NCBI GenBank assembly: GCA_043228905.1
Contig: JBHGNT010000017.1
Location: 310,001 to 374,000, forward strand
Source: Azolla caroliniana
Lineage: Eukaryota; Plantae; Polypodiophyta
DNA: 64,000 nt
Direction: 5' to 3'
The translations under genes were made by a program, and so were the position numbers. Numbering within the stretch: the first letter of the stretch is position 1; each line of letters begins with the position of its first letter. Below are positions 39,801-58,066 of this stretch, piece by piece. Under the pieces are notes generated by a model, which ran no database searches, was not told the DNA's origin, and saw only the letters and a program-made list of their open reading frames with translations.

Positions 39801-41411
39801 ATACAAAGTATGGCACAATGGGAATGCTCAATTTGGTCTACCTTTACAAAAATAAGTTGGTTGGCATTTTCTTTTGACACCGAACTAAAGATACCTCAAA
39901 ACCATATAAAGAACCCCGAATAAGTTTACTTGTACGCTAAAAATTATATATGTGTAGTGCTTAGAGATGACAACAATGCTTTGTCACATTTTTTATTGTC
40001 TCATTTCAATATTCTATAAGAAAATCATACATTAAATGTTAATCAAAAATTGAAAAATAACCATGTTTGACAATCAAATTAATTTCTCACGTTATAATGG
40101 CTCTAATTATGACTATACCAAAGTGTTTTATGCACAAACATGTACATATGTCTAATGATATACATAACATAATTGGTCGATGAATGATATGGATTATGAC
40201 ACGGGGAAACTTGCATTGTGAACTGCTCATGTTGGGACAATAAGGAGTGGTCATTAAATATCAATATGAGGAGAAAACAATGTTTTAAAATAAACATTTG
40301 ACGTTGTAAGCAAAGTTGACGACCTCTTGTCGAGAGGTTTCAATGTCACATGTCTATATAAGTTTTGTGTGAGAGAAGTTATTGAGCATAGCCCTTTCAT
40401 GAAATAGTAGCCTTTTTTGTGTTACGCAATGAATAAAGTGGGTTAGTTTCATGGTAAAGGTTTTGACAAGTTGTTGGGGCTAATTTCTGGTATACAAGGC
40501 TAAGTTCTCCTATAAGTATGAGGCTAGTTCAAATTCACGACCATAACCTCATTATATTGATTAAACAATTGCTACAAGCGATGGATGACATGTATGACAT
40601 CATTTTCTAAATCCATGATAGAAATAAGCCAAAATTTGATGGATGTAACATGCAAGTCAATCCCATTTTTAGATGTCAAGTAATGCAAGAGTAGCTCTTA
40701 TGTTTGGCCCATCTAAATATTTGACAAAGCCATGCTCTGTGACATGTGTTGGTGTTGGCTTAACATCAACCCCATGTGAAAAGCACGCATGTGGATGTGA
40801 CATTGGAGAAGGAAGGCAATAATTTTCTACCCTACCATCCAATATATAACATCACCATGCATTTGTCTCGTGTAATTGGCCGATGCACACACACACACAC
40901 ACACATTGAACATGTATAACTACTTACTCATATATAATTAGCATGTTTATACTTTGGTTCCTAAACCAAAGTAATATTTCCATGTACTAGCAGCCCTTAC
41001 TAGTCATGCACATTATGAAGATTGTTCTCCATTCAATGTTGCCTTCAAACTCAACCAAAAACCACATGTTTAAGTTTCTGTGGATTATATGTACAATGTA
41101 GAAGGGATTCTTCGATGGTATGTAATTGAATTGTTATGCTATCTTTTGTCCAATGTTGTAAGTTTCTTTACATCCATTATCGAGGTAAGAGAAAAAGCAG
41201 TTAAAATACAACAAAAGGTATATAAATGTATACATACATACATATATGATATGTATATATATTGTCATACATACATAGTGAAGGAAGGGTTGGTAGGTAG
41301 ATAGATAGAGATAGAGATGTCCACATAAAAACAAGAGTAAGGTTGTGTAGTGAAAGTATGTAGACTCAGACAACGGTACGGTAGGGCAGCAAAGCAAAAC
41401 GCAGAGACGAA

Positions 41412-41447
<36 letters not shown>

Positions 41448-41590
41448 GGGGGGTGAGTGTATGTGACTCGTGAGAGAGAGGACTGTGATTACTGCTAAGA
41501 CTGACCCCGACCCTGACCCTGAGAGAGAGGACTGTGATTCCTGCTAACTCTAACTCTGACCCTAACCCTAAATCCTAAGTCCTGAAATCT
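41412..41590 (+). promoter_or_regulatory. PP2A 5' region: (AG)n, G run, duplicated 28-mer and telo-box-like hexamers
   Basis: tgagagagaggactgtgatt(a/c)ctgctaa at 41471 and 41520; ctgaccc/ctaaccc-type units including AACCCTAA at ~41564-41571. Regulatory function is inferred only. Confidence 0.4.
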
Positions 41591-41645
41591 CAACTCTTAA
41601 CCTATCTATATCCCTATCACAATTACTGAGATCTGATCTTTAGAG

Positions 41646-46747
<5,102 letters not shown>

Positions 46748-49648
46748 GTACAGTGTTTTGTGTTGAATAGCCTCTAAAAAGTTGTATCCTAAATGAGTCA
46801 TATTCAAAATGATATGCTGGACTATCTTTGAGTAGCCCATTATTAAGATTTAAGGTTTAATAAATTTTGAAGTGTACAATGCTTTTCTAATGGAAGCAAT
46901 AGTCATGTGCTATTGCACAAGGAAGAATGAGAATTTATGTCAATTTTTGCTTTGGTATCATCAGGCTTATTATGTAGTCCTGACAGCTGTTGATGTGAAT
47001 CAGTAGTGGGGCTCTCCAAATAAAGGAATAAAGCATACTTACATGCTTCATTGGGCAACATCTTGAGGAACTTTTAGTTGGACGATTTTGTTTTTTGGAA
47101 TATCCTACTGTTGGAAGATATGTGTTGATATCAAGCATTCAAGTAATCAATCTCTGGAGGGCCATGGAGTTCAAACTCAAATTTGGAGTGGAGACCCCTG
47201 GAATCAGTTCGAGAAATACTTACTCGTTCTTGCAATTTCAACAATGCACAAGGATATTCCCCCTTATCTCAATTTGAACCCTCATCTGGCATTGAGAACA
47301 ATTGTCCTTAAAAATGGCTTTGTATAGAAGATATAGTTTGAGAACACATGAATTTGATTGTAGCAAGGTGATCAGTTATAAAATTTTGATATCCATGTTC
47401 TCTCAAATGGGATGATCCGAGTTGCCTTGGGTAGATCATGGAACATATAATTCTATTATATTATATTAGGGATGTTTTCACATACTCTCCAGAACTTTCT
47501 CAAATTTCTTTCTAAGAATTCTATATTCTCTAAATCTTGAACTTTTATAAAAGAGATCAGTACTTTGTTCACTAATGTTGCATCAGTTCCATGCGTATAT
47601 AGAACAAGGTGCTGTTATGGGATGAGTTGTGAGTGATTTTAAAGCCATCATTAGGCTTGAATTGATCCTTTCTGAGCCGTACTAATGGGAAAGCTGTGTT
47701 GGAGTGTTAAACCCATGTAGACAAGGTCTGATGTTATCATGGATCCTTTGTGAGAGCTTTAATTGTGCATACATCCTAAAATTATGCATTTCTTTATGGC
47801 GTTATTCAAAATGTTTGTTCCAGTTTCTATGGACGTCAAGCGGATTGTCTTCAAGACAGTTGCGATCGCTTTAAGCTAATGATTTTGCTTTTGCTTTTGT
47901 TATGTATGATTGCTTGAGGTTTAGTGATTTTCCTTGTGGATGACACTTCATTGCTTGTGCTGGAACTCAATAAATTGAAAAATTGTGTTTTGTATAGATT
48001 TTTAGTTAAGCATATATGACGAGATCAAACTCTCTACATTAATGCAACAATACGCAGACTAAAAGTGTTTGTTTGATCCAAGATTATATAACACAATTGA
48101 GATTGATTGATTGATAGATGCAAACCTCAATGCAACTTGGTTAGGTTGATGTAAAGTTTCCAGAGTTAAGCTGTTGAGGTAATATAATACAGCTATTTGG
48201 ATATGACGTCGATTAAAAAAATGACACAACTGCGTTAATCATATATATCAACAGAACCAAACATAATTTTATCTTGATCAGGTTATGCCCAAGCACAACC
48301 AAATGCCAATTCATTAGCTATGAAACAATGCGTAAGATCTTTTGACATATAAAAAAGTACAATAATGAGATATAATCATACTAGCTGACTGAATATGAAT
48401 CATGGAATGGTGTCATAAAATTTACAATAATATCATATTATAATCACCAGATATGAACAATGGGTTAATTATATTCTAATCATGTTGTGTCTCTGATTCC
48501 TGAAAATGATATTGTGCAATATATGGCTCTTTACTAGAAAGAGGGTGAGAGCTGTCTACCCTTTCAATTCATGGTTTTTTTAAACGTTGCAGCTCAGCAT
48601 TCCTGAATATTTTCTATGTAAATTACACTGAATATTTCAACCATTTGCATTCTATTTTGTTAGTATTTTGCTACAACGAAGTTATTCATAAGTAAGTGAT
48701 TCTTACATTGGTAGGGTTTCATTCAAAGATGGTGGATGATTAAATTATGAATCATCCTTTGATGTGGATGGCAGAATCATTCAATTTATTGTGGGTTGAG
48801 ACATTCTTATTTTAGTTTCCTTTCTGTATTTGTCATTGGATTATCAAGTTGAACTGGACGTCAAAAACACAATTATTGCAAAATACAAGCAGAGAATGGA
48901 CCATTTGCCTTTTCATCCACAATGATCAATGACGGGTTGGTTATTTCTTTGATCGGGCCAGTAAAAACTTCACAAATAAATCTGCAGAAGGTTTCTCCAG
49001 CAACATAAATACGGATCTGAAATTTTGATTGACACAATTGAATGAATTGTACCTTGTTTATCCCAATGCTTAATGTGCTGTGGAATACTCATGAGTCATA
49101 TGACCATATTTCCATAAATATCTAAACGAAGACATGCAGACATTTACCCAAAACTATTCTGTTTCTCACAAACACATATTAAACATGTGCCAATCTGCAA
49201 TAAAAGTGAAACATAAAAGATCAATACAAAGGCATTGCTCCTCTAAATATCAAATTAAAATTTACAATGTACTGTGTTTTTTTTCCGCCATTTCTAGGAA
49301 GTTGTAGATGACCATTAAAGTATTCATGATCACAGATTCCATTATATTTGCCAAATCAATAGAAAAATACATAATCCACGTACACATCCACACATATTTA
49401 CAATTTCTACAGCCAATGAACCTTTCATCAGGAAGAAGAAATGATCTTTGGCAATCTCAGAAGTTGATGATTTCTCGTTTTGTACCCTAGACCTTTGTCC
49501 ATAGGAATGTTACATTGAGATAAAAGATTCGTCGATTTTATCAACCTATTATAAAGAGAGAATATATGTCTCTCCTCCCCAAATTCTTATATATATCACA
49601 CCAAATTGTTTGAAAGAAACAACAAAACCAAGCTTTTCATCACTCTAT

Positions 49649-51358
49649 TTAAGTTCGATTTGCATGCAATAGCGCTTGCAGCTCCTGGAGTATTTCTTTG
49701 AGCAAAACCATGTTCATATTCTCATCATTTGACGGAAGAGACTTCTGCCTCATAAGAAGTGTCTTGTTTTCCAAAATCTGTAGCCTCAAATCGATATCCT
49801 CCAATGTTACTAATTTGCACTTCCGATCCTCTTCTTCATAAACCCGAGACTTTGTGTCAGATACTGAACTTAGCGGCAACTGCAAACTGGTTCTGTACAT
49901 TTTTTCCACATTGCTTGGGATCTCAAGGCATTTTTCCTCCGCTTGGACTTCACTTTGCTGAAGAAACTTGACCCCTGCCTTCCTCCCTTCATGAACTTCA
50001 AATATGTCTTGTGTAACAAGTGGTATTTCAGTTTTCCAAGATGGCGTGTAATTAAGGTTGGCCACATCGATGTTGACGACTTTCTCTTCTCCCACGTAAT
50101 CTGGGAACTCCTCATCCATGTCATAAGACGTCTTTTCATTCGGCTCTTTAGTTACGGGATTACCTTGTGTTGTTAGGGCTAGATCCAATCTCTGGCAAGA
50201 ACTTGCATTTCCCATTGTCTGTTGTCTATTGAAATAAGAAACATCATGCTCTCCAGAAAGGGAGGGCGGTTTATCAATATTTAGAGAAGAAAGATTCTTT
50301 GTCGCCTCCTCTGGTTGAGGTCTTCTTATTGCAGTTTCCTTCAGTTCGTTCAATTCCTCCTCCAAGAGGAGACATTCATTTTCTTTCTTACGGATATCTT
50401 CTTCCAATTTCTGAATCACCAGTTCATCATGGAATGTCTTTTCTTCCGCCATCCTCTGATAATGAGCCATTTCTATTTGAAAACCAGATTTCTCTTCTTG
50501 AAGCCTCAATATCATAGCCATAGCTTCATTTGCTGCTGTCTCGGCCGCATCTCTTTCCTCCTCCAACTCCATATATATGTTGTGGAGATGTTGTCTCTCT
50601 ATTTCAAGAGTCTTTTTCATCTTTGGAACAATCTGACAACAATGCCCTTGCTGGCATATACTATGCTCTAAATCCTCCCCATCTATCAATGATCCATGGC
50701 TAGCTTCTCTCTTATAAAATCGATGACCCTCTTGGCCCCAAATAAATGTGGTCTGTTGAGTCACAAGCGAAACGGAAGCTTCTTGTTCTTCCTCCTCTTC
50801 ATCTACCACTTTTGACCAAGATTGAGTATCCCCCAAATACATAAAGTTCCCTTCTTTGTTGCCTCTACACCCTTTCCGTCTATAAACTAAAGAGGTTCCT
50901 GTACTTGCCCCATGGAAAGGGAGCCCAGTTATTATATCAGAAAGCTTAAATTCACCTAAATCTGAACCCTTCCCAACAGAAGAAGACCAAATTTCTTGCT
51001 TTCCTTTCAAATAACAGCAGGGTAAATTGTTAACATCTCTCGTGGAAACAAGATCTGTCCCTTGTTTTGACGAGGTGGCTTCATCATGAGAGTGAACTAG
51101 TTTTCTTTGATCTTTCTTTCTAGTTGGGAAATTAGTAACAAAATCTCCCAAAAGAGAGAATGGTCCAAACTTAAAGAGGGCGTGATGGTGCCCTATAGTA
51201 GTGTTGCAACAGATTCGAACTGGTGTGAAACGCTTCATAAGGTGTAAAATAAGAAATGAAAAAGCCATTTGTAGTAGTAGAAGCATAGCCATGGCAACCT
51301 CACAAGCTGCAAATAGAATAGAGGAGATTTTCCATGGACTCCTAATTGACGTTGCCAT
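49649..51358 (-). CDS. Myosin-binding protein (MyoB), zein-binding/DUF593 (GTD-binding) family, ~569 aa
   Basis: N-terminal TM segment (ILFAACEVAMAMLLLLQMAFSFLI), DUF593 coiled coil 'LEIERQHLHNIYMELEEERDAAETAANEAMAMILRLQEEK...YQRMAEEK', C-terminal 'RLQILE...LLKEILQEL'. First ATG is 51358 (the 51409 start is TTG). Probable 5'UTR intron 51448-51923. Confidence 0.9.
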   Translation of the reverse strand: MATSIRSPWKISSILFAACEVAMAMLLLLQMAFSFLILHLMKRFTPVRICCNTTIGHHHALFKFGPFSLLGDFVTNFPTRKKDQRKLVHSHDEATSSKQGTDLVSTRDVNNLPCCYLKGKQEIWSSSVGKGSDLGEFKLSDIITGLPFHGASTGTSLVYRRKGCRGNKEGNFMYLGDTQSWSKVVDEEEEEQEASVSLVTQQTTFIWGQEGHRFYKREASHGSLIDGEDLEHSICQQGHCCQIVPKMKKTLEIERQHLHNIYMELEEERDAAETAANEAMAMILRLQEEKSGFQIEMAHYQRMAEEKTFHDELVIQKLEEDIRKKENECLLLEEELNELKETAIRRPQPEEATKNLSSLNIDKPPSLSGEHDVSYFNRQQTMGNASSCQRLDLALTTQGNPVTKEPNEKTSYDMDEEFPDYVGEEKVVNIDVANLNYTPSWKTEIPLVTQDIFEVHEGRKAGVKFLQQSEVQAEEKCLEIPSNVEKMYRTSLQLPLSSVSDTKSRVYEEEDRKCKLVTLEDIDLRLQILENKTLLMRQKSLPSNDENMNMVLLKEILQELQALLHANRT

Positions 51359-54300
51359 AAGATGAGCCTTTTCTCTTTCCCAATTCAAATCGATCTGTTG
51401 CCAATCCAAATCAATAAGATTTTTGGATTTGATCCGTGTTAATCATTCTGCTAAGCTACATATACACTCCTCTCTCTCTCTCTCTCTCTCCCGCTAGAGA
51501 TTTGTCATCTTTAGATGATTTTCATCAAATAAAGAAGTCAGCAGATTCTCAATCAAAAAACTTCTCTGAATTCAGTTCAAAGCTATCGTTCTGAGAATCC
51601 ATAGATCATTCTGTTTTCTTTAGCTTTTCTCAAACAAATCAAAGCTAAAGGAGGAAGTTCATTAGAATCAGCATCTCTATGATTGAATTGCCAGAAAAAA
51701 AGGCTAACTTTGAATGTTTAATCCATAAAATAAAGTCTCTGTGAATCTCCAATTAGAGATTCTTTGAATGTTCAATCGAAATCAGAACATTCTGCGAAAT
51801 CCAATAGCTATGGCCATATCCAATTGCTTGCATAGGCAAAAAAGAAAGCAGAAACCCAAATTGGTTCTCTCGGGGAGAGAAGAAAAGAGAGATAAGGAAA
51901 GGAAAGGAAAGAAGTTCGTTTACCTGAATCAAAGAAGGTTAATGTCTTAGTCTAGAAAAGGGGTATATTAATCCAAAAGCCATGGCTGATCTCCTTCTTT
52001 TCTGGGTGACCTAAAGATATGGCGGTGTGATTAGCATATGCAGAGAGAAAATAAAGGCGGATTGTTTCCTCAGTCTTGGAAGGCTATCATCATCATTATC
52101 ATCAATCAAAATCCAAGCCATCAATAATGTGTGTGTGTGTGTGCGCGCGCGTGTCAAAAAAATACATATAATCACTTCAGTAAATAAATATAACATTTGG
52201 ATTTCAACTCAAGTATTAAAAACAAAAAACATTTGTACAAATTTGCTCACTCCTTTCTCCTCTCTTCTTTTTGCTTCTATCATGTATTTCTCATTTGTAC
52301 GTTAAAACCAACCCATACAAAAGAGAAGGGAGATTTCTTTTCACTGCCGCCTCAGAAAACCCACCCTGCCAATGTCACCTTCTCTATCTCCCTCCCAAAT
52401 GCCCGGAGGATTGATTGTTAAGCCAAGCTCACATTCCCTGACAACCATGTCGAAACTCGACTGAGGCATGATATCACATTCATATGCATGCATGCGCTCG
52501 TGAAAATGGAAAAAACCATGTGCTTTGTTGAATATTAAGTAGAGAAAACATAGATCATGTGACCTATGTTATGTCGATGTGTGCCACAAACCCGAAGGGC
52601 TTGCCAATGCTTCACAAGTGATGAGGACCTCTTTCATACATGGTTGTCCCTAGCTTGGTTGGAACTCCTAACAATGATGTAACCATCCCCGATGACATTA
52701 GGCATGCTCTTTGCTCACGTGTACTCAAAAGACAAAACTAGTCCTCATCAAATATCCAAATATCCAAATTTGTTTCAACATTTTCTTTTCCTTCTATCTT
52801 TTTCAAACCCCCCACATACATACGCAATTGGTCCATGCATGAGTCTTGTTGGGCCTCTCATGCATCATCATCTTTGTGCATTGAAATGAAACTCTCTTAC
52901 AATGCCCTTTTTTGGGTTCCATAGGTCATGGGTATGGCCTCCCAAAGAGACTAAAACATCATCATCATCATAATCTTAATAGACATTAGGAGCTTACATA
53001 CTTTTGTGCAAGAGATGATGTTATGGTTCTAAAATCCCAGGAGCATGGTACATTCTACTTTACACGTCTATTGAGATGTAGGAGGCCAACAAAGACGAAA
53101 TATCATCAATGTCAAACATTGTATATATTGACACTTGATTGAAAATCTACTAACCAGAATGACATATAACATTTACATCAATGGGGGAAATTTGTATTGT
53201 TTCTCAACCATTAATTATAAAGTGTTGGTAAACCATGGTTAGATTTGAATGAAACATGAGCCAAGCTAACTAACTTGATCTAGTATAGTTGCAATCGGCA
53301 TTAGGCATAATAGCAAGTTTATCATGAAAAATCAAACTATAAGTGAATGTGGTGGACGTTTCTTTCATTATTTGTTTCTTTAATCATTGCATGAAATATA
53401 TAATTGAAAGGGCTATATTTTCTTTAACATATTAAGCATTTTGCTTTATTTAAGTTGATACTTTAAGAATAGCAAAACTAGAGTACCCAATCTCGTTGTC
53501 AAATTGCAAAAGGTGGATCATGCACACATGCAAAGGACTTTTGAGCATGGTATTATATTATTTGTACACATTGTCTTGCTTGTATATAGTTTTTCCATGA
53601 ATGACACATCAATAATTATATGCATTTTTTTGGAACTCACATTCCAATAGATGGAAGACATGGTTTGCATCTAACAAAAAACGAGCTCAAAGGGTTCTTC
53701 ATTAAGATACACTCGCGACAACATTAGTATGCTGATTTATCATCATTCTCCAAAGGCAAGTAACCTGACCTATGGGGCCCAAAGTAACAATTTGACGCAA
53801 TGTAAAGAGCTGACAAGTGATTCTCCATGCTTCTCAAGTAGACACCCCACCCTACATTTTTTTTTATGCTCACATGTACAAAGAATAATTTTAGAGATTT
53901 GAGTTTCATTTTAATAAGTTACTCCACATGTGAGATGCTTAAAAGCATGAACTACAACGCTAGTTGTATTCAAATAAAAATCTTGTTGAGGTAGTTTACA
54001 TTGCCTCTTTTCACATCATCGATGGGATAAGACGAGGTATGAGAATAGACTAGAGGGCATTGATTGAACTATTGGGACAATGATAAATTATTCCAAATGT
54101 AAGAACTCTCACTGGTTCACTTGTAGCCCCACCTCACCCTTGTACACTTGTACGATAATGAATGAACATTGATGCTATAAATATAGACTATGTATGAAGA
54201 TAGGGGAAAGTTGTACATCATCTAAAGAGGAGATTGGGCATGATGATGAACTTTGAAAGTAGGCATGCTCCCACTCTTTGTTTGGACAATGCATAAATGC

Positions 54301-54637
54301 ATGTTTTGCAAAGCCAAATGTACATTGCGTACTGAACTAATGATGGATAGAACCAAAGGATAAAACTTATTTTGTGCAATGATCCTTCATGAAGAAATAC
54401 ATGACACATATGGAGGTAATTGTGATATGATGATGTATATATTTCATCCATAGGGATATCCAATATATGCATAAAACTAGTAGGCACCCTCAAAAGTGAC
54501 AAAAAGAATGTATAAAAGTGTACTACACTTCTAGTTATAAACATATAATTTACAAGCATGCCTTAAATTAGGACAGAAAGGACCACTATATAATTCTGGT
54601 CATTTTAGTCAATCGTCTTGACTCTCATTCCTAAACA

Positions 54638-57600
54638 TCAGTAACGATAATGTGGTCCCTCTGGTGCTGAATAAGTTGATTGTCCAGGCAGATTTATTGT
54701 ACAAGCACCCGATAAAGTTTGGTGCTCCATAGTTGATCCTCTCCTCTCACCATATAATGGTGAAATCATAGCACCTGAACACAGGTGAGTGCAAAGAAGA
54801 TACAGTTGAAGGTTGAACCACAACCATAAAAGAAGAGAATGAAAGTAATGTTCACATCCATGGAATGCAAGCTTATAACATCAAAATAATGCATTTCGGC
54901 ACATGTAAACATTAAAATTTTATAAATAACTCTACACTAATGACACAAGCAAGAGAATAGAATAGATTTTTATAACCCATGATTGAGCACTTAAAAAGTA
55001 CACTGAAAAATCAAAGAGAATAAAATACCTCCAGCTGATCTCACCATAGGACTGGGATGGTTTCCATGGTATATTGTTGGAAGCAATATTTGATCTCTTG
55101 GATGATTGGGTGGAAAAGGCTGTGGATGATCGCTGCTGTATGATTGTACAGATTTCTCTCCTACATAGTGATTTGATAATGCATAAACATGATGATTTCC
55201 TGGGAAAACATGTTTGCTTGAATAGCTTGCAGCAATTTCATGTTGATTTTCTTGGAAAACTCGAGTACATCCCCCTCTTGAATAGTTTGTTGTATAATAT
55301 TGCTGATTTCCTTGGATAATAGGAAGAGACTCATCCCTTGAATAGCTTGGTGGTGTATAATATTGCTGATATTCTTCAAAGTTTGGAGAAGATCCCTCCC
55401 TTTGATAGCTGTTCAAAGATGGTTGCCGACAATCCATCATTCCTGTTTGAGACAAACAAGGATTTACATACTTGTCCAGAATTTGAAATTCCTTTGAGTT
55501 TGAGCATTGTAATATAACAACCTTGAATGGCAAGATATGAGCCTCTTGAAATTTGGTCCTGTGAAGATCCCAACATATGAATGGTTTCTGGGTTCTTGAC
55601 ATCCTTCGATGGTATAGAATTCTTCATATCTATCAAATACCGCTCTGCATCATGTCTTTGCAGTTCCACAAAACGGACCTAGTATGCACATAATACGTAA
55701 AACCTTTCAAGATTGTTATCAGGTACGAAATATCTTTAAAGATAGGTGCAGCTTAATAGAACTATGAGCACACCTCATCAAATGGTTCATTTGAGTTTGG
55801 TAGAACATAATTGGCTACAAAAAAAGTATTAAAACTGAAATGGTCACAAAAACAGATAAAACGGTAGTCATGATAACAATAAGAGTCTTCAGCCACTAAA
55901 AATGAAAGAAATTTGGTAGTATACCGAGCATATCATGGATAGCATTATCTGGAACTTCCTTGCCCATCTCTTTAGTTCTAACCAACATTCGCCTCTTAAG
56001 TTCATGTGGACCAGGAAAAACAACCACAGCAATCTGCAACAAAGATTCATCAGAAGAAAGAAAGCAAGCTTTACATGGCAAACTTGAAAAACCCCTATTT
56101 TGCAAAAGTTATTTAGGGAATTCAACTTAGAATTACTTGCAAAGATTGCATACAGGTTTCAATTTAGCCTTCATTTGTTAGCATATTTAAGTGTCTCGAT
56201 TCCACTCACTTTGCGAAAATCCTTGAAGGCTTTCAATTTGCGAATTCTCGCACTCTTGTACACGTTTGTTTGGTCTAATATGTAGTTTCTCGGTGTCTTT
56301 GCAGCCTGTTCGAGCAGTTTGTTGAATATTTTCGTGGCTAAATCCATAAGTCTTTTGAACCTTTCTCCATAATTAGCCTTCCTCAATAAACCTGGCATCT
56401 GGAATGGAGCAAAAAGAATAAATCATCTTCAACAGAAAAACAAACAAATAATCTTCAATAGTGAATGGAATAAACCAAGTTCAATGGAAAACAGACATAT
56501 CATTTTCAATGGCAAAAGGAACAAATCACCTTCACAAGGTGAAAAGAAAAAAACACCTTCAATATTGAAAAGAATAAAATGATCATTTTCAATAACAAAA
56601 AGAATTAAATGAACCACGTTACCTTCATTTGATCAAGTGCAAGATTTGTACCAAGAAGCATGTATCTCTTCCCAGGATTCTGTTTAGCCCATTTCTCAGC
56701 CCATGTTGTCTTACCAGATCCAGGTAAACCGACCATCATTAGGACCTCACATTCTTTTTCAGGACTTGGACCAATCTCATAATTTCCATCGTCTCTAGCA
56801 CAATCCCAAGACTTATATCCGTCCAAAGGAACCAATCCATCATTGATGCTTAATAGAACCTTCACTTTAACATTCTTGAGAAGAACATGAGGAAAAAGGC
56901 CTGTCTCAAAGCTCGATGCATCAAAAACTTTAGCAATCCCTAGTAAAACACCATTTTTGGCGAACGAAAGGGTGGCGTTTGATCGATTTTCAAGGTCGAC
57001 TGCACATATTATAGTATCTCCAACACCAAATTTCTCTCCATAGGAATTAAATACTCCATTGCTAGAGAATTTTCCAGTGCCACCATAGCCGAAACTATAT
57101 AAACACTCCCCAAGACTACCTACATCAGTATCTCCTGCAGAGAAACCCACTCTGCATATATTCCTTTGATCCATGGATGTTTCTTCCATGGTAACATCTT
57201 GCTTCTCCAAAACGGTACATCCAAAGCAGTACTTGCCTCTTCTGATACCAATATTTGCTCGTGCGCCTGACCAGCAGTATGCAAATCCTTCTTCATGAAG
57301 ACCACTTCCAGTTATTCCATCAATTTCTATGGTAAAATCTGCAACAAAGATGGTTTATTTTAAGGAAAATAAACGAAAAATAAAGGTGAGATTATAGTTC
57401 TTACAATCAGAACCCAAAAAAAAAAAGTTGAAGTATGTGATGGCACCAAATATTAAAGTACGTATAATTTGAGTTTTACTCAATTTGAGAGTTTTTTAGC
57501 ATAGAAGAAAAGATGGTCATAGTCACATACCTAGATTGCAATCTGAGCGATTCAATGAGGCTTTAGGAGGAAGAGGCGAGACCTTCTGTCGCTTGCTCTG

Positions 57601-57639
57601 TGCATCATTATGAAGAAACCCTACTTCGTGCTTCCTCAT
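54638..57639 (-). CDS. hnRNP U-like protein (SPRY domain + P-loop/AAA_33), ~623 aa
   Basis: Exons 57639-57531, 57338-56623, 56398-56210, 56033-55925, 55814-55774, 55678-55522, 55442-55029, 54774-54638, all in phase. Motifs DCNLDF, FAYCWSGARA, SFGYGGTGKFS, LFPHVLLKN, MMVGLPGSGKTTWA, NYILDQTNVY. A possible in-frame extension runs from ATG 57819 via exon 57819-57751 and acceptor 57657. Confidence 0.92.
56405..56612. repeat. Degenerate ~25-bp minisatellite filling an hnRNPU-like intron
   Basis: About 8 variants of aaaagaataaatcatcttcaat in tandem. Confidence 0.7.
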
Positions 57640-58066
57640 CAGGACGGCGAAAGATTTCTTGAACAAATGAGCAGAGCAGACAGAACGAAGAAGATATGCA
57701 AATGTTTAAAAAATATAGGAACCACCAAAACCATCTTTGTGTTCTCTTACTTGGGCCTCTGTGTCTGGTCGGCTCGGCTCGGCTCGGGCCAGAGCTCTCT
57801 GCCATGTCCGTCCGTCCATCGGAACTCAGGATGTATGTAATACATATTACATACATATCCATTATACATATACTAACTAAGTGGCCAAAGTGTGACAAAA
57901 AGGATGTGTGTGCGTGTGTGTTCTAACTACCATACTCAACCAACCTCTAGACCCATGGAACTCTTTAAAGTGAGGGTTCTTCTCAAGGATGAAGTGGAGG
58001 TTCTTCGCAACCAGATGTGCACAACTTTGAGTTGGAAAGAAGCTCTCTCTCTCTCTCTCTCTCTCT

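Noticed and set aside
47109-47560. LTR-like sequence starting TGTTGG downstream of PP2A
   Set aside because: Could not identify a matching terminus or TSD.
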